A DNA stretch of 64,000 nucleotides, taken from Azolla caroliniana. Taxonomy: Eukaryota; Plantae; Polypodiophyta. The stretch is taken from the NCBI GenBank assembly GCA_043228905.1, contig JBHGNT010000005.1, forward strand, positions 6,200,001-6,264,000. The letters run 5' to 3'. The position numbers were made by a program, and so were the translations under genes. Shown piece after piece: positions 40,292-52,812 of the stretch (the first letter of the stretch is position 1; every line of letters begins with the position of its first letter). The notes under the pieces are model-generated. The model saw only the letters and a program-made list of their open reading frames with translations. It ran no database searches and was not told where the DNA came from.

Positions 40292-40804
40292 TTTGTAACT
40301 ACCGTGTTGAGCTTGAGAAGACAAGAGAGATGAGGCACACATTCATTGGCCATGTCTATAAGAAACTCATCACTAATTAGCATGGATCTAATGGATTTCT
40401 TTTGGTGTTTCGAGACACACAACCGTTTGAAGATAGCATGGCAAGAAAATCACGTGTCACCTCGCTAGCCACTTCTCAAAAAAAATTATAAAAATTTATT
40501 TGCTTATGTTGCATGAATATGTGTTAGGCCATATGTACATATGTAGTAAATCACGTCAAGGTAAAAGTCATGTACATTTTCTTTTGGAATCATTGCACTT
40601 ACATGCATGTGTATCCATCCTCCCATTATTAGCTCATCACCACAATGCCTGGGGTTCCCCATTTGGTCTTATTACCGGTCTTCCTTCCGATGAATTGATA
40701 AATCGAATCGAACCGTGCATATGTCTCAAGTGTGACAAGTAGGAACTAGGGACACCACCCCACATTTTTTTTTCAAGAAGCATATAGATGGAATACTATT
40801 ATAG

Positions 40805-41998
40805 TGGCGCAACTGCCACCGTTCCTTATGCCTCCACGACCCCTTGTGGTACGACCACATGCCTTACATCCCTTTCCCCGACCATTGGCCCATGTTCTCC
40901 CCTAAAGACAAGATGAGCTACTGGCTCAAGCCTTATACCCTTATCATGGAGCTTGTCTACTGGGGCTCGACCGAGTGTAAATCCGCACGCTTCAACCCCG
41001 CCCATGAGACGTGGGAAGTCACCGCGATCAAAGAAGGCGTCGTGGAGGAGATTTCACTCTACCCTAAGCACTAGGTGCTAGCTACTGGCATGTCTGGTAT
41101 GCCCAATGTGCTCGTGTTTCCAGGCGCCCAAAACTTCCAAGACGCACAATGCCATTCCAGCCAATACAAGGATGGTTGTGGTTGGGCTAGTAAGCGGTGT
41201 CTTGTGGTCGGTTCCAATACTTCTGCCCATGACATATGTGCCGATCTGTGGGAAAGTGGGGCCGCTCAAGTGACCATGGTTCAAAGATCTTCGACCCACA
41301 TCGTGCGCTCCGATACTATCATGTCTACCTCCGGACTTTTGCTCTACCATGAAGGCTCAAAAATGTCCACCGAAGATACCGACCTTATCTTTGCCTCGGT
41401 GCCTTATAAAATCATGCATAGGTCTGCCATAGATATCAACAAACGTATTGCCGAAATTGACGCAAAGTTCTATGATGACCTTGAGAGAGTGGGGTTCATG
41501 CACGACTTTGGGGATGATGGGTCAGGGTTGTTGATGATGTACCTCCGACGCGCTTCGAGGTATTATATTGATGTGGGTGCATCGGAGCTCGTGATAAAAG
41601 GTGAGATCAACCTTAAGAGTGGAGTAACATCGAAAGAAATGAAAGAGAGGAGTGTTGTGTTGAGTGATGACACCGAAGTCAAAGCCGATCTAGTTGTTTA
41701 TGCAACTGGGTATGGGTCCATGAATGGATGGGCATCTAAGCTTATCTCTCAAGAAGTGGCCAGCAATGTTGGAAAGTGTTGGGGGTTAGGGTCAAATACT
41801 ACGAAGGATCTTGGTCCATGGGAACGTGAGATTAGTAATATGTGGAAACCAACCCAACAACAAGGGTTATGGTTCCATTGGGGTACCCTCCAACAATGTA
41901 GATATTATTCACTATACCTAGCATTGCAAATTAAAGTGCACATGGAGGGCATTCCCATCCATGTCTATGGAATGGCCAAAGTTCACCATACTAGCTAA
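40805..41998 (+). pseudogene. Flavin-containing monooxygenase (bacterial-type FAD/NAD(P)H oxidoreductase), 5'-truncated with an internal stop
   Basis: One intronless frame: WRNCHRSLCLHDPLWYDHMPY...PKH*VLATGMSG...FQDAQCHSSQY (FMO motif)...VVGSNTSAHD...YATGYG...NMWKPTQQQGLWF. TAG at 41072-41074; the N-terminal FAD-binding GxGxxG region is missing. Confidence 0.88.
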
Positions 41999-43559
41999 TT
42001 AACATTTGTCATATTTCTTTATGTTTTATGATGGTTTTCAAGACATTGTTAGTCTCACTAGGGACTACCATCAATCAAACTAATGTTATGAACTAAAACA
42101 AGCAGGAGAATTTATGAAAAACATTTTGCACGATTGATTATATTTTCCAAGAAACCATTAGTGGAGTTGGTGTCATGGTATGGTGTGTTCGACGGTAAAA
42201 AATAAAGAAAAGCGGAAGTGGAGGGTAGCCACACATACATAAATATGTTTATATTAAAAGATATATGACTAGAAAAAGTAGATGGCAAAGTTTGAGGTCC
42301 AAAAATTAGAATGACTATGTATAAGAGGTGCAGACTTTGAGTCTTTGCTAATGTCTAATAACGAATTATACCCTTTTTGCATTTTCAAAGGAAAAAGGGA
42401 AGCAAAGCATTTAATGTCAAAAATGGTATCTTTTTCTCTATAAAAAGAGAAGAAGAGGGCTTATTTCGGGTCGCTCATTTTGGGTTTTGAGAGTGCACCG
42501 TTAGGGTTTTGTAAGGTTCTTCTCTTCTCAAAGTACATTGGAGTTAGGGTTTATTTTTCCTCGTCTTCACGAGAGTTTAGGGTTCTTTTTGGTTCTTCTT
42601 ACTTTTCTTACTCGAGAGTTTTGGTTTTGGTTTGAGAGTATTTTATGTGTTGGCGGCTTTGAAGGAAAGGGTTTGGTTCAATTGCTGACTAGTAATTGAA
42701 GGGAGCATGAGGTGGCTCGGGAACACTACTTTGTCATTGAGGCATCGTTGTCGTTAGTAGTAGTCGTGGCCTTGACGGTTCATTTGACTCACCTTCCTTT
42801 GAAGCTCGACCACTCCCCATCCATTGTTCTCGCTTCAGTCCAATTGTCATGTCGTAATTACAATTGTTGTACTTAATAATATTGATTAATTTGTAAAGCT
42901 TACTTTATAAAGGGATTTCTTGTATAATTTAATGTTTAGGTCTTAATATGAGATCATTTTGGTCTTAGTCTCGTGCACTTGCGTTAATCAAATTTATTAT
43001 GCCTAATCTTACGTGTTAATCACTCCCAAACTATCACTGGAAAGAGAGTGTGAAAGAACAATAACGTGGGGGTTGATGGACGAACCTTCACTTCCCAACA
43101 TTCACCTCCTTACAAAAGTTTGTGCCATGTCAATATCTTACCAAATATATTGTTGATAATGAGATATTTAAATTTGCAACGGGATAGTTTAATGGTTGAT
43201 ACGCCTACCACAAACATTTGAATTAATTCATATGCTACCTAATAAACCTTTATAGAAAATTTACCTTTTAAGTATGTTGGATATTCCCAAATGATTTTCC
43301 CTAAACCAATAGGATGGAGTTAAAACATGAAGCACTTTTGGGGTTGTTTTTTATTATAGAAAAGGTCATAAGCTTCAGATTGTAAGTGTCATTGTGAATG
43401 ATTCGTGATGCTCTAGAATTCTCTCAATAAAATCTTTCAATGATAGCTTACAACATAGGGTTTTGGATTGGTACTTTGAAGTCCTCAAATCTCTCATATG
43501 TTAGTAGAGTTGTTCTCATGCTAACTCGGATTTAGATTGCAATTGCCATATATGTTCAA

Positions 43560-44131
43560 CAACCTTACTAAGGGAGCTAAGCCTTGGTCTCTTCCCTCTT
43601 ATACACACTACTTTACTAGGTTTCAACATGGAGTGTATGGGTAACTCCTATGGATGAGCTATTTTACTAGATACAATTCAAAATATAGGGAAACAACCTT
43701 ATAGAGGTAGTAATGCTCGTAGAGCCCTTACACTACTTCGCACTCGATCTCACAAGTTAGGTATTGAAGTTGCATCATGGTATCAAAATGTAACAAATTT
43801 GAAGACATGTAAAGTATGTAATGAAGGCATGGTAGAGGATGAATGTCACTTGCTCTTCACATGCTTGACACATAGTGCAATTCGTTCAAGATATGTTGAC
43901 ATACTAAGAGGGAGTGATAACTTAAGTGCCACACTTAAGACATCACCTAGAAGATTGAGCTCATATGTGTATGCTTTATTCATGCATAGAGACTTTGTGC
44001 TTCAATGTATGAATACCTAGTCTTAGGAAGGAGATACATACCAAGAACACATGTATACTTTGGTCCCATAGGTCAAAACAAGCCTCTTTATGGACGATAA
44101 AAATTCTAATTCTAATTCTAATTCTAATTCT

Positions 44132-44132
<1 letters not shown>
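43560..44132 (+). mobile_element. LINE (RTE-like) 3' fragment with (ATTCTA)n tail
   Basis: LRTRSHKLGIE...CKVCNEGMVEDECHLLFTC zinc-finger-like end, then tandem ATTCTA repeats running into a CT microsatellite. Confidence 0.7.
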
Positions 44133-44174
<42 letters not shown>

Positions 44175-45689
44175 ATGAAACACACAACTATACTAGTAAA
44201 CGTGTGTGAAAATTATTGTAACTGGTAGGACAATTGAGTGGTGTACTGTGTAACTAATACATGGGTAGTGGGATATGTTAAATTGTTAATAGGTAAACTA
44301 ATACTCCACCACAGAAAGAACTTCAACTTTCATTGATATGCTCTAGCTCCATGCCTACCATAAAATCTAAAAACATTACACATATCCCAATTATGGCGCA
44401 ATCCCTAATATCTCAAAAATAGGAAAGCAAAAGAACTTTGCTAGAAGTGGTAATTTAGAGTACCAATCACGTTTCAAGATTTGTTACCCCCCATAATCAG
44501 ATATCAAAGTTGATACAAGAGATTAGTAGTCATTTGTAAAAACGAAGTCTAAGCTGTTAAATGTCAATCAACCCATATTTGCTCATTATTTTTTGTAGGT
44601 AAAAAAGCTTGCATCAAATGTTATTATAGTCTATAGTTATTGCTAATTAATAAACCTATAACTTGACGGGATGCGTAATAATGGTCAATCTATGCATCAA
44701 CAAAATCCAAAAATCTTTTACATTGAGTATCAACTATTCCCACCATTTTGACCCCCAAAAGAAACAATCCATTTAATAGAGCATGCAACCTCTCCTTCCC
44801 ACAATAACATAATAATGAGATGACGTGAGTAACTTCTTTTACAAGGAACCACAATATTCTCTACTAGGTGACGATGCCCATAAAAATAAGGGGAGTACTT
44901 CATGCCATGAGACAACCAAAGTGTTAGACAATAGGTATCTACGAATCATGATTTTGTCAACACATTTTGTATGTAATAAAAATATATGAGCCATCATATT
45001 AGCAGAATAGAAGTTGAACACTATAGCTCCCCAAGCACTTAGGGGTTGGTCGATGGTTGAATGCAAACCATCATATCTCTCTTTCGGCACAACAAATATC
45101 AAAGATGTTACAAAATGAAATGCAAAGCCTTCTTGGTCCATAATTGTAATGGAAAAAAAATAGTATCATTGGTTCTAGAATACTTTGTACAACTTTAAGG
45201 CATACATGAAATGGCCAAGATTGTGGCTTACGAATACATGAACCTATGTTTCATATGATTAGTTATCCATACAATTAGTTGGGCATTAGTAACATTTGTT
45301 CTAAAGTGTTGAAAAATATTCTTTTCCACCCGGGTATTCTCTCTCTCTCTCTCTCTCTCTCTCTTCCCATAGATAACAATCGTGCTCCAATAGATATTCA
45401 AAATCTCAACCGAAGTGTGCACATGCCAAAAACATGACCACCTTGTTCTTACCAAGTGAGCTATGATCGTTGCAATTAGACCTCACACACACACACACAC
45501 ACACACACTCTCTCTCTCTCTCATATTGGACACAATATCTATCTTCATTATCATGGGCATTAAGAGAATTATGAACCCAACTCCCTTATTAACATTGAAA
45601 ATTACATGAGGAATAATGGGTTATTAATTGCCCATATTTACCTTTTTACATAGAGATAGAGATATAAAAAAAAGGAAGAGGAGATGAAA

Positions 45690-45929
45690 TTAATGACCAT
45701 TTACATGTGGATGGTGGCCATAACCATGGCCATAGTCATAACTTTGGTTGTTCATGTCATCATTGTTATTGTTATAACCATATGGATGATTTGATCCAAT
45801 CCTGTGAGCATCCGAACGTCGAGAAACTATCAATCTCGTAGTAGTAGTAGTAGTGCCACCAATGACCAAGATCATCATTATGACTACAACTAGAATGGGC
45901 ACCCAGGATCGGATGGATCCGACGGCCAT
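45690..45929 (-). CDS. Small secreted peptide precursor with an RGF/GLV/CLEL-like C-terminal motif (79 aa)
   Basis: ATG in CCATGG context, hydrophobic signal peptide (VPILVVVIMMILVIGG), variable linker, terminal DYGHGYGHHPHVNGH. TATATAA on the minus strand at ~46055-46061. Confidence 0.6.
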   Translation of the reverse strand: MAVGSIRSWVPILVVVIMMILVIGGTTTTTTRLIVSRRSDAHRIGSNHPYGYNNNNDDMNNQSYDYGHGYGHHPHVNGH

Positions 45930-46395
45930 GGATGAGTTGTGATAAAAGGGGAATAAATAAATAAAATTAAGGGATTAGCTTTGTTTTGTTTATATTATTT
46001 ATGATTTGCTTCCTTTTTTTGTCCTTGTTCTCAAGGTTTGTAGAAGTTGCATGCTTATATACACGCACACATCCCCCCTCCCCCCCCCTCCCCCCCCCTT
46101 TGAAAAGAAAAGATACCCACCAAAAATAGTGCGCCAACTAGACTTATTAATTACTTTTTCATTTCACCTTCTTTTGTTTTTCCCCCACAATTAATATATC
46201 TACACCCTCTTGTTTGAATAAATTGTGTTCTTTGTTCTTTTCTTTCTTTTTTAGTTTTTCATATTGCTTTCTCATCTTCCCACACATACAACAACCCCCC
46301 CCCCCCCCATGTGTTACTCACATATCTCGTGCATGTGTTCACAACAATCAAGAATTCAACTTGACTTCCTTTATAGGGCTCTTGTTCCCCTTGCC

Positions 46396-46429
<34 letters not shown>

Positions 46430-49400
46430 CAACATTGCGAGCTTTAATATAGTGCTCATTGCCCAATTGTCAAGGAATCTTTTCTTCTCATCTCAATTGC
46501 GTTCAAGCTTTGAATATTTGGTTATATTCGCAATTCCCTCCTCCTCCTAGAATCTTGAACATTAATACAATGCCAATGTCTATCTAGGCCTGGTTCAATT
46601 TTAGAATATCTTGGATTGTGCACACTACACTAGGAGATTGTAACTTTTAAGGGTATTTTATTGCATATCCTTCAATACTAATATTTGAATGCAAAGTATA
46701 TATGTACCAACTACATGTTTAGTCATCCCATCACCAATATAGGATGCAATGTGCATTGCATCTATCCACATCTCCGTGTCAAATGTACACAATCCATCTA
46801 CAACAACAATAAATTTATATTGTGGTGGGAAATGGTCTTTCAAACATGAATCATACCCTTATATCCATAGATGCGATCAACTTGGCAACATTTGGCATAG
46901 TTCATTCTTTATTCTAAGACAATAGCATCTAGTTTTGTTTAGAGATGTCACAGTGCCACAAATTCATGGAAGATAAGTAAGATTTAAGGTTACGGTGCAA
47001 TTTTTGACAGTAATTTAGATGTTTTACCACTTTTCACACATAATACACTTTAACTATTCTTTGAAGTATATTGGTGATCAATGAGCCATATCCTAAAATA
47101 TTCTGGTTGCATGTTTTATGATTGACTTTGCAGACCAATAACTTACGATCAAATAAGGTAAACATATGATTCTTTTCAAATATAATCATCATAGTTTGAA
47201 TAGAACATTTAAAACCTTTCGGTGAAATAAGTTAACCCACCCCTTCCTAGATTAGATCCTTCATGATAGTTATGTGTCATTAATGGAATATAGTTTTATG
47301 TCTTGATTTTTATAATTGATAACTTTTTCATAATAATATTCTAAAACACAACTTGTAAGTTGTAATTGGGAAAAATTCGAACCCAAATCTGGGTATTTTA
47401 TGTTGTTGGAATATTCCAAAATGATGTGAACTCAACAAATAGGAAATAGACGCTTTTGTTGGGGAACTTTTGGAGTTAGTTTTTAAAGGAATGTGGAAGT
47501 TGATGTGATCTCAAGTTATTCTCAACCAATAGGAAAGAGGCTTTCATTGGGAACTTTTGGAGTTGGTTTTTAGAGAAAATGTCAAAACTCTAGCACAATG
47601 CCAAACTAAAGCCATCCTTGGTGACATGGATTCTTCTCGCTAAGATATTTTGAAAAGAAGGTCATATGATCAGATTTTGAGATCATCTACTTAAACCTTT
47701 AGCATCTCCCAATGTTGATGATTAGGATTTCGAGAACACCTACTTAAAGCTTTATCATTCTCCTATGTAGATGTACATATTGATGGCATAACATAATAGA
47801 GAAGACTAAAAATTTAAAGACATATTTTAAAGGAGAAAACTAGTCATTAACCATTCTTCTAGTGGAACAATCCTCGATATGATATTACAGACCAATCAAA
47901 CCTCGTGTTATGAAAATTGAATTTGTGGTAAAGTCATATTTTAAGATGATAGTTGAACCCTTTTCGTTGTTTTCCATATTTGGTTATTGAAAAGTGAATA
48001 TGCTTTATTGTGAATTATCATTTTGAACACTTTTTGGTGTCCTCAACCCCAGGATTATAGAAAGTGAATTCCTAAAGCTATCTTTCATCGTTTGTGGAAA
48101 GTGATTTTGTAAAGCCATATTTTTCAAATAGCGCTAGTTTAAATGCATACTTTATAGTTCTTGTACGTTTTCACTTATCACTTGCACATTATTATAGAAT
48201 GTCTACACAACCCCATTCCATAGAAACAACCTCACAAGCATAAACAACTTGACTCATCACTTTAACTAAGATTATTATTATAATATAGACATACTTGTAC
48301 AAAGAATCTTTTGCATTTATCTATATGCATAATTGCCTTGTTAAGATCCTACTTATGTAATCTTTATGTTAAGCTTAATTTGTATTAATATATTCTTTTG
48401 TTTTACATTTTGATAGTTTAATGGGTAGCATTATGCATTTTCGTTGTAACATTGTGGTTTTGCAAATTTCTTTATAAAGGTTGCACAAGTAATAGTGTGT
48501 ATTTCCACAATTATTACATTCATTTTTTTCCTATTGATGAGCATATGATTTTGTTATTTGCCATTACTCGAATGAATATTGAAACAATAAGATGTTGACA
48601 ATAAAGGGAATGTGTGTGCAGATATCGTGGTCTAACACATATTGCATTGTTATACTAATCAAGGTTAAAGATATTGTTGATCAATGATCAGCTGACATCA
48701 TGAGAGTGTCTTATGCTCAATATCGCACAAAATAGTCAAGGGGCACCCCCCATGTTAGTATCAATACTTGGCAACAACTCCAATGCCCATCATGTGCCCA
48801 CATCATATCAAGTTAGTACATGCATGTACGCATGAATCATAAACCTCACATTCAAGCTATAGCTTTCCTCAAAAAAACATGGTTAATACTTGGCAACAAC
48901 TTCAATGCCCATCATGTGCCCTCATATTATCAATGTTGGTGCATGTACTCGTAAACCAACAATAATGACTCCCAACACCGATTGTTGTCATGAAGTGTGT
49001 GTGCATATGGCTGGAATAGAGAGTTCCTTACAATCAAGATTGATACAATGAGACACAAAATAGGAAGAAATAAAGACAATATGAGGCCAAACTAAGATTG
49101 TATTATAGTGTTCCAAAAAATTAAAAAGGATGTTGAATTAGGGAGCCTTATTAACTTTACTACAGCCTTATTAACTCAACTATGATGAAATATGATAATT
49201 ATGTTCAGGAAATGTTTTTTATAGGCAATATAAAATTGTACTCATCATTGTTGGAAGCACCAACTGGACCAAGAAAATTGATAATATTGTAATTTGTATA
49301 TATCAATTGAAATATTCATGTTCATCAACATATTCAGCTTTGAGAAAAGTCATGAGGAATGAAAAAAAAATCGTTTTCTTAAATATTTTAAATAAAAAGG

Positions 49401-50929
49401 TAAAGATAATTAGTAAAATCAGTTGATTAGAGCAGAAGTTTAAATAAATGTTAGAAATGAGAAATAAACGTTAGAAATTAAGTTCAAAATGGGGCCTGAA
49501 CTCATGACTAAGAAATGTGCTCTAACCAAGCTCCGTCTTGTATGACATGCTCTAACCAGTGTCAAAACACACAACAAATATTTCAAAAAGTATTTGTGCT
49601 CAATTACATATGTGAGGCATTCGTAAAAAATGCCTCACAGATGTCATTATTGCAATTTATGATTGTAGTGCATGCCAATCATTACTCGTGTGTTCACTCA
49701 ATGTGATCATTATATCTATTAAATAGGTTCGGCTTAGCAGTGTGGAAACAAATTTGAATAACAAAGGATTTGAAGGATTAGAGAGTGTGCAGTAAAATGC
49801 AATTTTTGTGATTGACCCGCCCTCACAATTTCATGCTACTTCATTTTATACAAGTGGTAGGTTACTACAATTTGATGATAGCGCAGTTCACATGGGTACT
49901 ACATTGACCAAATTCCAATTTGTGATAGTGAACTACAATGAATTCAGTTGAATAATCCGTATTCTCAACAAAGCCAAACAACAATCAATGATCATGAAAG
50001 TAAAACTTCCCAAATAGCTTGTTCTCAAACTTAGCTTCTTTATGGTCTTAATACTTGTTACGATTGGTAACATTACTTCCTAATTGTTTGACAAACTAGT
50101 ATTCATACTAACACAACCATGAACAAGCATATGATACAAGAAATGAATAATCACAACCATCAAATGTGCATATCCAAACCCAATAATACATTACATTATT
50201 TACACAATTTCAAAGCACAAGAAAAAGAGAATTTTAAGCATGTGTCATGCAACTCAATGTGAGGTCACTTCCTACTTTAGAATATATAATATGAACAATG
50301 AGACCAATAAATTTCGACCCACAAGAATTTTATTAATAAATTAGCAATTAAGAGTCAGCATTGTGGCTGGAGAGATGGTGGCGGCGGCGATGGTGATGAT
50401 GATGATATATTATCATTCAAAAGAGGGAAAACATGACCCATGGGACTAGCGTAGCAAACACGATATCCCATCATGTAGACGAATGATCTTAAAATGGAGA
50501 ATTCAAAGCATTTTCACATGTACACAGAAGGAAGAACAACTCATTAGAGAAGTACTGCAAAATGCTTTTCTAACCTTTTCTGAAAGTGTATAATTCACAT
50601 CACATCCTTAGGAAAACTACGTTCATCTAAAACTTGGAAACACTCAACTGTGTACGGAGATACTCTAAAGATGAATTAGAATAGTGATTGAGAGTGTGAA
50701 TGTTATACAAGCATATATTTTCGATTCCCAAATGCATCATCCAAGAATTAAGGACATAAAGTGCTTGTCATAAGGCACAACTTTGGCTATAATGTATTTG
50801 GCTGGAAACAACTGCAAAACCACTTCTGCAAAACATCTAAGCTAACTTGAATTAGACACAAATTCCAGCTGTAGACTTAAAACATGCCAAAATGTAGGGG
50901 AAAAACTCCAAAATGCTCTCACACTTTAG

Positions 50930-52200
50930 ATTATTTCCTAGTATGCCCTTATTTTTCTGACTATATCCAATATTTGCGTCTCCCATGGTACCCCATAAGG
51001 GGCATCGCAAGAAATAGTCATAATTCATAAGGGCATTACACAGTCTTGCCATCATTTATATTTCAGTAATTTTTTTGGAATGCCCTTTTTGTTTTGAGTA
51101 TTTCCAGAGATATCTTTATACAGCCTTTTCTAATTACAACAACTGCCTCTGGTTCTCCAGAGCAGAATCTCAGGTAATAGTCATAAACTTAAGGGCATTA
51201 AAGAGTTTTGTATTCATTTATATTTTGGCGAAACTCTGAAATGTGCTCTTTGTTTATGTCTCTTTGAAGAAATGCCCTTATGCCGTTTATTCTTATTATG
51301 ACATGCCTTCGAGTCCCCATAAGGGCCTTCTGGGTAATGCTTATAGCTGTAAGGGAGTTTCAACTTTTTTCGTAAATTTTTTTTCAAAATGCCCTACAAC
51401 AACTTCACCAAGCTTTCAGAATGTGTAGGCTATTTCCCCAAATGCCCTTGGTCCCAATAAGTGGCATCACTTGAAATACACCTAAACATAAGGGCCTACT
51501 TGGTGAGCTTTCTTGATGTACCTTACAAGGACATATGGGCCTTTCGGGGAAAAGGCAAACATAGTGTGATTGGCAGAGTCATATAAATGTAAGGGCATTT
51601 CAGAATTTTTCCTAAATGAAAATGACAAATGGCATGCCCTCAGGTGGGGCCCCATAGGGACTTTTCGGTAAAGGTTATAACTTATAACCATAAAGGAGTC
51701 CAAGACTTTTTTGTGAAAAATAAATCAAAATGCCCTAAAACTACTTCAACGAACTTTCGTGATGTGTAGGCTGTTACCCAAATTCCCTTGGTCACAATAA
51801 GGAGCATCTCCGGAAATAGACTTAAACATAAGGGCCTATTTGGTGAGTTTTCACGATGTACCTTATAAGGACATAAGGGCATTCGGGGTAAAAAGCAAAC
51901 ATAAATGCAAATCTTGGGAAATAGTCATATAAGTGTTGGGCATTTCAGAATTTTCCCCTAAATGAAAATGACAAATGCTCTACTGCAACTTACCAAGTTT
52001 CAATGATGTTGCTTATAAGGATGTGGGCTTTTGGGAAAGTAAATAATAAAAAAGCATGAGGGCATGTAAGCCACTCGTCATGCAAAGATAAGGGCATTTA
52101 GGAAAATAGTCATAAACATAAGGCCACCTCAGCATTTTATCCCCCTTAAAATTAAATCAAATGCTCTACAACAACTTACCAAGCTTTCATGCTGTATAGG
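50930..52200. repeat. Complex AAGGGCA/TGCCCT-rich repeat array in the RIN4-like intron
   Basis: Direct duplication of ~345 bp (~51345-51635 vs ~51690-51980) and many CATAAGGGCAT motifs in both orientations. Confidence 0.7.
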
Positions 52201-52768
52201 TTGAGAACTCTGAGTTTCTACAACCTTGTGTCTGAAGGGAGAATCGGGAGCATGAAAGGGTCCACCAGTTTTTTTCTCATCTCGAGCTTTGTCAAAAATC
52301 ATAGTAAATCCATCTCCAGCACCAGGATTATTCACATCCCAGTCACCAAAATTTGGAAGTTGGGCGGTATACATATCTCTCCGTGTACAAAAAAGATGAA
52401 AACACGAGAAATTAACTGCATCACAAAATTAATGCATATACATGTGTGTATAGGGAATGTTTAAACATTACCATTGTAGACTTTCACAACTTTTGAGAAT
52501 ACCACAAACGATTTACATATTTGCCAAAATGCCACTCTTTTTGTATGGCCCACAAAAGCACGGGAATCAAACAACTTAATTAATGTCTTTATTTCCAGTC
52601 AATCAAGATCGATCCAGATGTGTTTAGCTTAATCCACATGAATTAATCCAGACTAATCAAATTGTCCATAATGTTTGATTTAGATATGGTAATCATGATT
52701 TAGAGTGACAAGTTGGCAAAACGTATAAACAGTTGTGGAGTAAATATGATCTGGTAATATTTTAGCAT

Positions 52769-52812
<44 letters not shown>

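Noticed and set aside
44600-48600. Possible decayed hAT/CACTA transposase (also 600-1600 and 25700-26500)
   Set aside because: Only vague motif hints; no reading frame, TIR or TSD that I could establish.
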